A stretch of 64,000 nucleotides of DNA, taken from assembly GCF_006345805.1 (NCBI RefSeq), contig NC_043012.1, positions 29,822,001 to 29,886,000 on the forward strand, read 5' to 3'. Of this stretch, positions 52,601-63,946 are shown piece by piece. How positions within the stretch are numbered: position 1 is the stretch's first letter; each line of letters opens with the position of its first letter. Position numbers and translations under genes: made by a program. The notes under the pieces are model-generated. The model was not told the origin of the DNA. It saw nothing but the letters and a program-made list of their open reading frames with translations, and ran no database searches. The stretch is from Octopus sinensis (taxonomy: Eukaryota).

Positions 52601-52987
52601 GTTCTGTGGCCGTTCGCCAGCTCTGTCTGGCACCTGTGCAGGTGGCACGTAAAAAACATCCACTACACTCGCGGAGTGGTTGGCGTTAGGAAGGGCATCC
52701 AGCCGTAGAAACACTGCCAGATCTGACTGGGCCTGACGAAGCCTTCCAGCTTCACAGACCCCAGTTGACCCGTCCAACCCATGCTAGCATGGAAAACGGA
52801 CGCTAAACGATGATGATGATGATGATGATGATATATATATATAATCAAAATAAGCAACAAGGATTATCCTTGTTGCTTATTTTGATTATAATCACCCCAT
52901 TTTGAATTATATGGATAATACCATACTAAATTCTGATGCCTTTAACTTAAGTACCATATTCATCTGAATCTAAATTTTTACTGAACT

Positions 52988-53038
<51 letters not shown>

Positions 53039-56000
53039 CATACATACATAAAAAAAACAGTGTAGAGGTTGACTAGATAGATAATTGCTGTGTAGAGGCT
53101 GACTAAATTAATAACCACAGTATGTAGTTATAACTGTGTATACAAAGGTAGAAAACCAAATTATTAATGATTGACAAAAAATGTGATGATTGATAAAAAG
53201 ATAATCATTGATAGAAGGAAATAATTATTGATGTATATATATCATCATCATCATCATTTAACGTCCGTTTTTCATGCCTGCATGGGTTGGACAGTTCAAC
53301 CGGGGTCTGGGAAGCCAGGAGGCTGCACCAGGCTCCAGTCTGATCTGGCAATGTTTCTACAGCTGGATGCCCTTCCTAACGCCAACCACTCCATGAGTGT
53401 AGTGGGTGCTTTTTACGTGCCACCTGCACAGGTGCCAGGCGAGATTGGCAACAGCCACGATCAGTTAGTGCTTTTTACGTGCCACCAGCACGGAATTGGT
53501 ACAAATATTTAATGTTTGATACAAAGATGTAATTGTGGATAAAGAATAAATTTATTTTCAATTTTGAGGCCATGAATTCTTTCTTGGTTCTTATAAGTAA
53601 ACAAATTGTTTTTAATGCTGTTGGTGAGATACAACTTCATAAAAGTTTTATGTAAAACTGTATCTATTTTCGCAACATCATCATAATAATTTTAGTGCCT
53701 GCTTTTCCATGCTTCTATGGAGCAGATGGATTCTATTGAGGTAGATTACAGCTGGATACCTTTCCTGTTGGCAACCCTTACTTGTCTCCAAGCAAGTTGA
53801 CATTTCCCTTTCACTGGATATGTTTTCTTGGAAGATTGAAAACCTTTGATGCTGCTTGTCTGATGGGGATACTCATTTATAACTACTATACCATGTCAAG
53901 TCGAGGAGGCACAAACACTCTCTCTCTCACACACTCATACACATAGTGGGCTTCTTTCAGTTTCCATCAACCAAATCCATTCACAAGGCTTTGGTCCTCC
54001 TGGAGCTCTAGCAGAAATCACCCAAGGTGGCTGCTGTGGGATTGAACTCCAGACCACATGGTTGAACCACTCATTTAAACATAATGTGTACCTGTCTACA
54101 ATGTGTTCCCCTGGTGCCATGTGAAAAGCCCCCAGTCCACTCTCTGAAGTGGTTGGCATTAGGAAGGGCATCCAACTGTAGAAACCATGCCAGAGCAGAG
54201 AATGGAGCCTGATGTGACCCCTGACCTTACCCGCTCTAGTCAAGCTGTCCAACGCATGCCAGCATGGAAAACATACATTAAATGATGATGATGATGATGA
54301 TGAATGAAATCCTGAAAACTAAAAACAAATGATGTTTAAACTTGCAACTGCAGACCGTGTCATCCCCAGTGTAAGGCAAATACAGTGGAGTGTCAGATTT
54401 ATCGTAATTATTGGATGGAATAATGAATAAAATCATACTTACGTCATTACCAATTAAATGTGGCATTTAATTAGAAAACATTTCCAAAAACTCTAGAGTT
54501 TCATTTAGTTGTTTCCTGCATTTATAATTTCATGTGACATAAATTGTGTCGACAGAGATAATGACGTGGACCCAGTGTCTATTTATAGCACCAACTCACA
54601 CACACACATTTCTGTGGACTTGTGTTGAGATAATAAACACTGTTCTATTGCTGCAAACGTCAGTTCTTTTTGTTTTGGGCGATAAAAGTGTTTCCTGATT
54701 ATTTCCTAATCAACAATTTGCGAGCAAACTTTTGCTGTATTTCGCCAGATGTTGATGAAGATGATCTCTGATGTGAACCAGTGTTTGTAAACATCATGCA
54801 TTAGGTTACTGGCACCAGCAACCTAATATTTACATCATTTAAGGCATAATTATGAAGTGTTTAATCTAATATTAAGCACAGCTAATTGGCTTGATTGGTT
54901 AAGAAGTTTGATTTCCAACCATGGGGTCCCAGGTTCTCTCCCACTTTGTGCCACCATGGACAAGTGTCTTCTACAATAATCTTGGTCTGATCAGAGCCTT
55001 CTGAATAAATTCGGTAAATGAAAACTGGAAGAAACCCATCATATCTGTGTGTGTGTGTTAGTTTTATGTTCAGTTATAATAAAATAATGGGTTCCTTTAT
55101 AATTTTGTAGAGTACAGATTGATCATTTTTAATCCCAGGGTCTCGCGGGCCCACACCTTCCACAACCTCTGAGTTGGTACACTTAATGAGTATATGGATG
55201 AGGACAGCTGTGTGAAAAAGTGTCACACCCTAGCAGTAGAAGGAACCTGTGGAAGAGGTAGACCCAGGAAGACCTGGGATGAGGTGGTGAAGCATGACCT
55301 TCGAATGTTGGGCTTCATGGAGGCGATGACAAGTGATCGAGACCTTTGGAGATATGCTGTGCTTGAGAAGACCTGGCAAGCCAAGTGAGACTGTAACTGT
55401 GGCCTATGCCAGTGCAGCAAAACCAACCCTTTAAGAGTACCCTTCAATCATTGGGCAATAAACTGTGCTTGCGAAGACCTGTTGAGTCAAGTGAAGTCAT
55501 TGCCATGGCTGATGCCAGTACCACCTGACTGGCATGCAAAAAACACCATTCAAGCATGGTCGATGCCAGTACCGCCTGACTGGCCCTCATGCTGGTGGCA
55601 CATAAAAAGCATCCACTACACCCTTGGAATGGTTGGTGTTAGAAAGAACATCCAGCTGTAGAAACCTTGCCAGATCGGATTGGAGCCTGGTACAGCCTTC
55701 TGGCTTGCCAGTCCTCAGTCAAACTGTTCAACCCATGCCAGCATGGAAAGCAGACGTTAAACAATGATGATGATGGTGATGATGATGAAAATATTATTGA
55801 CAGTGACTTTGAAGTTTTGGCCAGTTAAGCCATCATTGGATGGCCAACGATGGCTTAACTGGCCAAAACTTCGAAGTCACTGTCAATAATATTTTCGTTT
55901 AACAATAATATATTGTGTGTGTCCTCCTGACATTGCGTGAGGTTTGTAAATGGATGCCAGTGTTATATAAGTGACATCTTTCATTTCCAGTTTTCCTTGA

Positions 56001-59000
56001 AAAATATGTCTGGTCCCGGAGAGAAATGTTGGAGACAGGTGAAGGTTGGTGGCAGGAAGAGCATTCGTGAGACAACCAATTCCATCTGACCCATTAAAAA
56101 GATGATGATGATGATGATGATTATCACTGTCAAGGGAAAATATGACATCATTAGAGTGAATTAAGCTCTTTGTTTCACATAATTTAGCTTGGCCAATAGA
56201 TACAACTTAGTACTGACCCCTTGCCTCATAATAAATGGGCATTGGTAGGGGAGAGGTTAAGTCTACCTCTAAATATATCCAAGGATCAGGTGATGGATAA
56301 AACCCTCGATCCAAGGAGTCAGAACACAAGGTGACAGAACAAATACCACAAGCTGACTTCTTCAATAATTCTGCCAATCCACTGCAATGGGCCGGTATTT
56401 TATTTTATTGATTCTGAAAGGATGAAAGGCAAAAACTGATCCAGAGGGATTTGAACTCAGAATACAGAAGGTCAAGGCGACCACTACACTAAGGACTCTG
56501 GTAATCTGCTAATTAGGAAGGGCATCCAACTGTAGGGACCATGTCAAAGCAGACAGTAGAGCTTGGTGCAGTCGCCTGGGTTGCCAGCTCCTATCAAATC
56601 GTCTGACCCATACCAGCAAGGAAAAGGAACGTTAAATGACGATGATGATGATAATGAAAGGAAGTATTTTTGTGCATTGATGACCTTCTTACACTCCAGG
56701 TTTCGGATGGCTATGAACAAGTTGATTCCCTTTATAAAAGTTCTCTCTTTAGCTTTTGGGGTCCTTGTTTTAAAGATGTAGTTGAAAGTAGGAAGGTTTT
56801 GTTTCTTCATTAAGCAGACTTAGCTTCTCTCTTTTTTTTTTATGCATTTGTAAAGAAAATAATATTGTTTATTGTGTGTTCCTATGATTGCTCCTATTTC
56901 AGGGGTCAAAAATGCATGCAGTGCCTTCCTTGAGAAACAACTGGACCCCACCAACTGCTTAGGTATTAAGATCTTTGCTGAGAATCACGGATGCGAAAGA
57001 CTGTTGACTGCTGCAGAAAAATACAGTGTGAAGGTGTTCGATGAAATCATACAGAATGAGGAGTTTCGACTTTTGCCAGTTGAAGAAGTCGAACGCTTGA
57101 TACAAAGTGATGAAATTGAGGTAATTTTATACAACAAACCTTACTACTTTATAGCAATTTGCATTCATTGTCACCACCACCATCCGTATATATATATACA
57201 GCATTTATGAAATAAACCAGAGCATTTATTGTGGAAAATAACATAATGTAGAATAACAAGAAGACAACATTTTGTACATATTAACAAATTTCATCATGTA
57301 TATTTTGGAAAAGCTGAATAGTCACACACGACAAGCCAAAATTACCAAAATGTCAATTTTTACAAAGTTTAGTCAAACATCCGCCGACATTATTGACAGT
57401 TCTGTTACTGTAGTTAAATAATAATGATAATAATAATATTTTCTTCGTTTGCCACAAGGGCCAAAAACAAAACAAAACATGAGACAAAAACAAGGAACAA
57501 GTGGAACTTAAGACAAAAATTTATGTAAACAATGAAACAAATACAATTAACGACAGAATGTAAGGAATACATTCCCCAAAAGTAGGAGGGTTCCATCCAG
57601 GGACAACAAAGGCCCCCACATCCTGGTCACCTCGATCACCAAGGACACCCTTCCTCATCCCCTCCAGCCTACAGGCATATATTCAGATTAGGCCCTTTCA
57701 TATGGGCCATCCACGCAACATTTATCCCCCTTTCAATGAAAATACTGGGGTGCAGCACTTGCCTCTCCACCCTCACTTTCCTTTTCAAGTGGAACTTATA
57801 AAAGGATTTGGACAAAGAGGTAAATGTCTCTCTCTCTTCACTCCTTTCAACCTCATCCACCACACTACCTTTTTCGCTATAGCCGCGAGATAGGAAAACT
57901 GTCTGCCCTTCCCAGTCAATAGAAGGTGGTGGGACAATCCTCACAATGATAAGGATGATAATGATAATAATAATAATAGCCAGACATAGTCTTAATTGAG
58001 AAAGAAAAAAGCCAGACAGTCTTAATTGAGAAAGGAAACAAACTATGCTGGATCATAGATATAGCATGCCCAGCTGACAAGAAGGTATGTGATAAGGAAG
58101 AAAGAAAAGTCGAGAGATATGGCAGGTTAGCTTGGGAAGTTAAGCAGTTGTGGCTGGTGAAAAAGGTAGCAGTAGTACCAATAATTGTCGGAGCCCTGGG
58201 AAAAGTGACCAAAAATCTCAAAAAGTACTTGGAACAAATAGGGGCTGCAATAAGGGTGGAGCACTTGCAGAAAACAGCACTTCTTAAAACCGCTCGAATA
58301 CTCTGGAAGGTGCTCAAAAAATAAGTGGTGTTATCTTAGTTCACTGGTAGTGAACAGCTGACACTGTAATACATCTCCAGCGTCAGAAACTGTGCAAAGG
58401 CAATAATAATAATAATAATAATAATGATAGACAAAATAAAGCATATTTTTTCCATCAAGATAATCATTTTCTGTTTGTTGTGCTCTGATATATTGAAAAA
58501 TGATTAATGCATTTGTTATTTTGTTGTGTTATGTTTGCATTTGGTTCAGGTGATTTGTGAAGAACCTGTCTACGAAGCTGTTGTCAAATGGGTGAAATAT
58601 GATCCAGAAAACAGAAAAGATAAACTCGCTCGCCTCCTTCAGTATGTTCGGCTACCACTCCTGTCGGCCTGGTACATCACTGATAAAATTGATACAGAGG
58701 TCAGTATCTAAGAAGATGGTCATGGGTGGAATGTCTATCGTAGTTATTTCCAGCTCTTTATATTCTGAGTTCAATCCTTGCCCAGGACAACTTTGACTTT
58801 CATCGTTCTGGAGATGTTAAAGTAAAAATAAATACCAGTCATATACTGAGGGAGAGGGTATTTAAATATTCCCTGTAAAGCATCCTAGATATGAACAGAA
58901 TTACACTAAAAGAAATCTCTGAGAATGGTGTGAACAAAATATCTTTCTGGCTGAGTATTCCTATCACTGGTTCCAGTCATTGGACTGTTGCCATGCTGGA

Positions 59001-60554
59001 AACACTGCCCTCTGGGTGGTTTTCTTCTAATCACTAAGCAATATTTGCATATTTGATTCTTAAAGGCAACATTGACCTTGGTGGGATTTGAACACAGCAC
59101 CTAAAGCCAGAAGAAAAGCTGCTAAACATTCTGTCAGTTGCCAGATTGTTGCTCTATCATAAATTAAAAAAATAAATGGGTAAAATTTTTAAGCATAAAC
59201 AATATGGAGCACTTATGAGTATGCATATACAACACACACACACACAGGTACATAAATACATACACACACACACACATACACACACCTCTGTCAGTGTTTA
59301 TATCAAGCATGACCAATCTTTTGCAAGATGTGGGCTGCATAGAACATGCCTCAGCATCAAGCAGGCTGCACCACTGCAAAAAATTAGTTGTGCCTTCCAG
59401 AAAGTTCCATGGGTCACAGTCTGCCCAAGGTTTATGAATTGTGAATTGGGGATTTCCTTATTTCCTCAGAATTCTTCTCATTTTGTTTGCTATTTAAATT
59501 GTTTTTTGTTTTTTTTATTTCTAAATTGTTTTTCTTCTTCCACCCATGAAAGCCATTAATTCGACGGTGCCATGAATGTCGGGATCTTGTTGATGAAGCA
59601 AAGAAATTCCATCTACGTCCAGATCTTCGGAGTGGGATGTGTAGCCTGAGGACTCAACCCCGCTATGGTGAATGCTCCACTGTTTTATGCTTTTCTGGAA
59701 CAACACTTCTACACACATGCACACACACACACACACACACGCGCGTGCACACACACACACACACACACTCTCTCTCTCTCTGTCCCTCTGTGTGTGTGTC
59801 TCTCTTGCTCTGTCTCTGTTTCTCTGTGTTTGTGTCTTTCTGTCACTCTCTCTTTCTCTTCTTCTCTCTGTCTATCAGTTTATCTCTCTCTATTGCTCTT
59901 TCTATCTTTCTCTCTATCTCTTCCTCTCTCTCATTGCTACCAACAACATCAATCTACGTCCACTATTACTCATCATTTTAACCCTAACAAACACCCCACC
60001 ACCACCACCCCCTTGTCAATAAATCATCAAAGCCCATTACCATAGCAACAGTAGTGAGCGCACAAGTGATTCTTTACACAGTCACTTGACTTGCTAGAAA
60101 TAGCAGCCAAACTTTTCAATACTGGTTTTTATACCTGCCAACATCGTTGCAGGTTCTAAAAACATGCCTGAACCAATGAACACTTGATGAAAATTTGGAA
60201 AAAACTCTGTGTAAAATCTCTGTGTTTCTCTAATGGTCTCTGTTTCTTGAAGTTGGAGCAGAAGACACTTGCCCAGGGTGCCAAACTGTGGGACTCAACC
60301 TCAAATTACATGATTGCAGAGCAAATTTCTTAACTACACGGTCATGCTTTTTATTTATATATATATAAAAGCACTGGTGATGGTGCCACATAGAAAGCTT
60401 CCAGTGCACTGTGTTGGCATTAGGAAGGGCATCCAATCATAGATACGATTCCAAAACAGTCAACAGAACCTGGTGCAGTTCCTGGCTTTGCCAACTCTTG
60501 TCAAACCATTCAACTCATGCCAGCAAGGAAAGCAGATGTTAAATGATGATGACG

Positions 60555-60642
<88 letters not shown>

Positions 60643-60885
60643 TAGAAGAAATGAGGTACTCAGAAATTCAGATGGTTTTATATTTACAGATATTTATTTG
60701 TATATTACATGTTTTTATACATCATATAACTTAGATCATGTATTAGCCCTTTCTCCCATTCTAGTGGGGTTTTCAAATCGAACTAAGTTCCTGTGTAAAA
60801 AGTTTTGACCATTTTATAGTGTTATTGAGTGTGTAGTGGTGGGGAGGGATATAAGACAGTGCAAGAGGGTGATGGATGAGGAGAA

Positions 60886-60916
<31 letters not shown>

Positions 60917-61602
60917 CATGTGTGTGTTTTTGTATTTGGAAGAAGTGTTAAAGAAAAAGAGGGGAAGGGAGAGGCAAGAAGAAGAAAAAATGTTTGTTCT
61001 GCTGGACAGGATGTTTACTCCAAGGGTGGGGTCTAAGATCTTGGGGAAAAAGAATTTAAGTTTTGACCATTTCATAGTGTTATTGAGAGTGTAGTGGTGG
61101 GGAGGGACATAAGAAGGTAGACCATAAATTATATTTCCTTTTTATCATTGTGAGATAGTGTGTATGTGTGTGTGTTTAATGAGGGATGGTCAAATGGTTT
61201 TGGGGTTTTAGAGAAGAAGAATTCTTTTTATTATTATTTTGTGGAGGTGTGTGTGTATGGGTGTCTGTAAGTTTGGAGAAGGGAAGAAAGGAGAAGAAGA
61301 AAAAAAAAGGAAGAAGAAATAATTGTGTTGATATTTATACCACTATATATATATATATATACTAAATGCTACATTATGTTAAATTGTAAATTGAAAGATT
61401 TGTCCTTCAATGTATGATGAGCAAAATTTCATAAGGTCCCATTCTTGAAAAAGAGACTTTCTTGTGTTGAAGTTACAGATGACAGAATATAAACTGACAA
61501 CTACTGAGTCTGATCTTCAAGAATGGACCTTATGAAATTTTGCTCATCATACATTGAAGGACAAATCTTTCAATTTACAATTTAACATAGTGTAGCATTT
61601 AG

Positions 61603-61633
<31 letters not shown>

Positions 61634-62336
61634 GTATAAATATCAACACAATTATTTCTTCTTCTCCTTTCTTCCCTTCTCCAAACTTACAGACACCCAT
61701 ACACACACACCTCCACAAAATAATAATAAAAAGAATTCTTCTTCTCTAAAACCCCAAAACCATTTGACCATCCCTCATTAAACACACACACATACACACT
61801 ATCTCACAATGATAAAAAGGAAATATAATTTATGGTCTACCTTCTTATGTCCCTCCCCACCACTACACTCTCAATAACACTATGAAATGGTCAAAACTTA
61901 AATTCTTTTTCCCCAAGATCTTAGACCCCACCCTTGGAGTAAACATCCTGTCCAGCAGAACAAACATTTTTTCTTCTTCTTGCCTCTCCCTTCCCCTCTT
62001 TTTCTTTAACACTTCTTCCAAATACAAAAACACACACATGCTCTCTCTCTCTCTCTCTCTCTCTCACACTTCTCCTCATCCATCACCCTCTTGCACTGTC
62101 TTATATCCCTCCCCACCACTACACACTCAATAACACTATAAAATGGTCAAAACTTTTTACACAGGAACTTAGTTCGATTTGAAAACCCCACTAGAATGGG
62201 AGGAAGGGCTAATACATGATCTAAGTTATATGATGTATAAAAACATGTAATATACAAATAAATATCTGTAAATATAAAACCATCCGAATTTCTGAGTACT
62301 TCTAATATAAAATACCTGTACATCATCTCCAAACCT

Positions 62337-62385
<49 letters not shown>

Positions 62386-63946
62386 GAAAAATCAAAATGA
62401 AGGTAAAATGAGTATTTCAAGTCATTTAGAATAATTTAATTAGGGTAAATTTGAAGTCTTACAACCGTTTCTGGGATGACCTAGGTGGTTGGTTAGCATG
62501 TTTGTGCACTGGGTATTCCATCATCAGAGAAAAAGTGTGAATTTTTTAGACGGGGAAATTTCACAGATTACAAGGAATAAAATAGAAATACAGTTCTATA
62601 TTTAAGAGATGAGGAATTCTGTACATTATTTATATTACTTACATTTGACGGGTATTTGTCTTCATCTTGTTTGTTGTTAACACAACGTTTCAGCTGATAT
62701 ACCCTCCAGCCTTCATCAAGTGTCTTGGAGAAATTTTGAACCTGGGTTCTCATTCCTAAGTTATTTTTCGATGTTATTATTCTGATCCCTGCCTGGAATT
62801 GTAGTCAGAATTGGGGTTAGTAGCCCGTGCTCTTAACCACTACGCCATGGACATATTGCATAGTGGTTAAGATCACAGGCTACTAACCCCAAGATTCCGA
62901 GTTTGATTCCAGGCATGGTCCTGAATAATAATAATAATAATAATGACAACAACATCAAAAAATACCTTAGGAATGAGAAGCCAGGTTCAAAATTTCCCCA
63001 AGACACCTGATGAATGCTGGAGGGTATATCAGCTGAAATGTTGTGTTAACAACAAACGAGATGAGAACAAATATCCATCAAATGTAAATAATGTAAATAA
63101 TGTGAATAAAATAGAAGAATAAAGAGTAAAAGTAGCTTACTCCTTTATTTTTCTATTTTAATCCTTATATACTGTGAATTTTATTCCTTGTGTGTGTGTG
63201 TGGGGGTCACTTGACTGACCAGACTATCAGACAATGTAACTTGCATTGTTGTAGCTTTTGAATGTTGCCCCTGCACTGGTTAAGTGGGCAGAGCCAACAT
63301 TCCCCTCTTAAATGGTATGACAGTCCATCACAGGGGTACCCGTTTACAGCTGAATGGACTGGAATAACGGGAAATGAATATGTAGCAGTCTGGGAATTGA
63401 AACCACGATGTTATCATGAGTGCAGCGCTTTAATCACCATACCACACACCTTTATTTATATCAGATGTTGCTACACATCGCTGGTCACCATGCGCTTCAC
63501 ATTGTTTTAGCCTCCAAATGATGCCACCCCGCTGGCTAAGTGAGCAGGCCAACAGAAGAAAGAGTGAGATATTGTTGTGACGAAAGAGTACAGCAGGGAT
63601 CGCCACCACCTCCTGCCAGAGCCTTGTGGAACTTTAGGTGTTTTCACTCAATAAACACTCACAACGTCCGGTCTGGGAATCGAAACCGCGATCCTACGAC
63701 TGCGTGTCCGCTGCCCTAACCACTGGGCCATTATGCCTCCACACACACACACATATATATATATATATAATATTATATGCATTTATATATGCATACACAC
63801 ACACACAAGTATGTACTGACTCTCATTTTTATCTAACAGGTAATCAAGAAGTTGTCGTGATTCTTGGAGGGTTTGGCTCCCACCAGAATTTAGTTGACAC
63901 TGTTGAAATGTACAATCCAAAGACATCAGAATGGAAATATCTACCT
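46824..63946 (+). CDS. KLHL12: Kelch-like protein 12 (BTB-BACK-Kelch CUL3 adaptor); first 6 coding exons, continues past the right edge
   Basis: Exons 46824-47024, 47956-48109, 56903-57120, 58550-58699, 59553-59667, 63840-63946 join in phase. [67 protein letters not shown] and first Kelch repeat [22 protein letters not shown], matching KLHL12 as I recall it. Confidence 0.9.
47656..47892. mobile_element. TTAA-flanked MITE family; other copies at 3375-3613, ~3765-4003 and 28375-28599
   Basis: ttaacc(c)tttt...aaagggttaa termini and shared internal ccaaacaccagtttaa. Confidence 0.65.
47956..48109 (+). CDS. KLHL12: KLHL12 coding exon 2
   Basis: [51 protein letters not shown]. Confidence 0.93.
48445..48925. 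repeat. Diverged inverted repeat: arms ~48445-48613 and ~48763-48925
   Basis: ttctgttatcagatttattaaaaaatggttcaaatttagatttcttgg and its reverse complement; microsatellite flanks. Confidence 0.85.
49068..49395 (-). mobile_element. Third tRNA-derived SINE family; partial copies at ~14075-14200, 14510-14810, 16530-16700
   Basis: gtggttagggcattcggc..gagttcaattcc head, then gtgtccttgagcaagacactttatttcac core. Confidence 0.75.
49671..52831 (+). mobile_element. Young 5'-truncated RTE-clade LINE: uninterrupted RT ORF to 51938, 3'UTR with tandem repeats and a (GAT)n tail
   Basis: [85 protein letters not shown]. The APE domain is absent and the 5' end abuts (TA)n. Confidence 0.95.
51985..52660 (+). 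repeat. ~61-bp tandem repeat, about 11 units of two interleaved variants, in the RTE 3'UTR
   Basis: The core ggtg(g/a)cacgtaaaagcacc(a/g)tccgttcgtg recurs at ~61-bp spacing. Confidence 0.92.
53244..53492 (-). mobile_element. Short RTE 3'-tail copy; similar tails at ~10170-10310, 15840-15990, 24985-25200, 49430-49625, 54110-54300, 56510-56650, 60370-60555
   Basis: Shared tail ggcatccagctgtagaaa...ccatgc..gcatggaaa...cgttaaa(tga)n. Confidence 0.8.
55190..55786 (+). mobile_element. RTE LINE 3' fragment
   Basis: [36 protein letters not shown], then 3'UTR and (GAT)n. Confidence 0.9.
55787..55896. repeat. 110-bp near-perfect palindrome
   Basis: gaaaatattattgacagtgactttgaagttttggccagttaagccatc...gatggcttaactggccaaaacttcgaagtcactgtcaataatattttc. 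Confidence 0.92.
56903..57120 (+). CDS. KLHL12: KLHL12 coding exon 3
   Basis: [30 protein letters not shown]...IQSDEIE. Confidence 0.94.
57415..57950 (-). mobile_element. L1/Tx1-like LINE 3' fragment
   Basis: Frameshifted ORF2 C-terminus ([31 protein letters not shown]), then UTR and an (ATT)n tail. Confidence 0.6.
57979..58401 (+). mobile_element. 3' fragment of a restriction-like-endonuclease non-LTR retrotransposon (R4/Dong-like), inside (TAA)n
   Basis: [54 protein letters not shown]; (TAA)n on both flanks. Confidence 0.85.
58550..58699 (+). CDS. KLHL12: KLHL12 coding exon 4
   Basis: [50 protein letters not shown]. Confidence 0.94.
59553..59667 (+). CDS. KLHL12: KLHL12 coding exon 5
   Basis: [38 protein letters not shown]. 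Confidence 0.92.
60656..62299. repeat. Long inverted repeat (fold-back): arms ~60656-61449 and ~61516-62299, ~66-bp spacer, (TA)n flanks
   Basis: The arms are reverse complements. Identical ORF text appears at 60773-61075(-) and 61882-62133(+). Only a few SNPs and indels differ. Confidence 0.95.
62457..62530 (-). ncRNA. Type I hammerhead ribozyme-like motif with a long stem II
   Basis: tct-CTGATGA-tggaat...atccca-GAAAC-ggtt-GTA-aga; GUA cleavage triplet, stem I tct/aga. Confidence 0.55.
62679..62724 (-). ncRNA. Minimal type I hammerhead ribozyme-like motif (C3U variant)
   Basis: gacac-TTGATGA-aggctg gagggtatat cagct-GAAACGTT-gtgtt: stem I gacac/gtgtt, stem II ggctg/cagct, palindromic stem III AACGTT. 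Confidence 0.6.
63002..63047 (+). ncRNA. Minimal type I hammerhead ribozyme-like motif (partly decayed)
   Basis: gacac-CTGATGA-atgctg...cagct-GAAATGTT-gtgtt. Confidence 0.55.
63840..63946 (+). CDS. KLHL12: KLHL12 coding exon 6
   Basis: [41 protein letters not shown] donor. Confidence 0.92.

Larger units (their letters stand above)
62588..63103. mobile_element. Head-to-head palindromic pair of tRNA-headed, hammerhead-containing SINE-like units with a 13-bp TSD
   Basis: Arms ~62623-62848 and 62849-63103; GAATAAAATAGAA direct repeat at 62575-62587 and 63104-63116. Confidence 0.8.

Noticed and set aside
51985-52660. Array resembling CRISPR, and 217/240-aa minus-strand ORFs
   Set aside because: Units are tandem near-copies without unique spacers, the context is eukaryotic with no cas genes, and the ORFs are by-products of a stop-poor repeat.
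62790-62920. Possible tRNA genes
   Set aside because: No proper acceptor stem, decayed B boxes, and fusion to a repeat body; these are SINE heads. The same applies to the other tRNA-like heads in the window.
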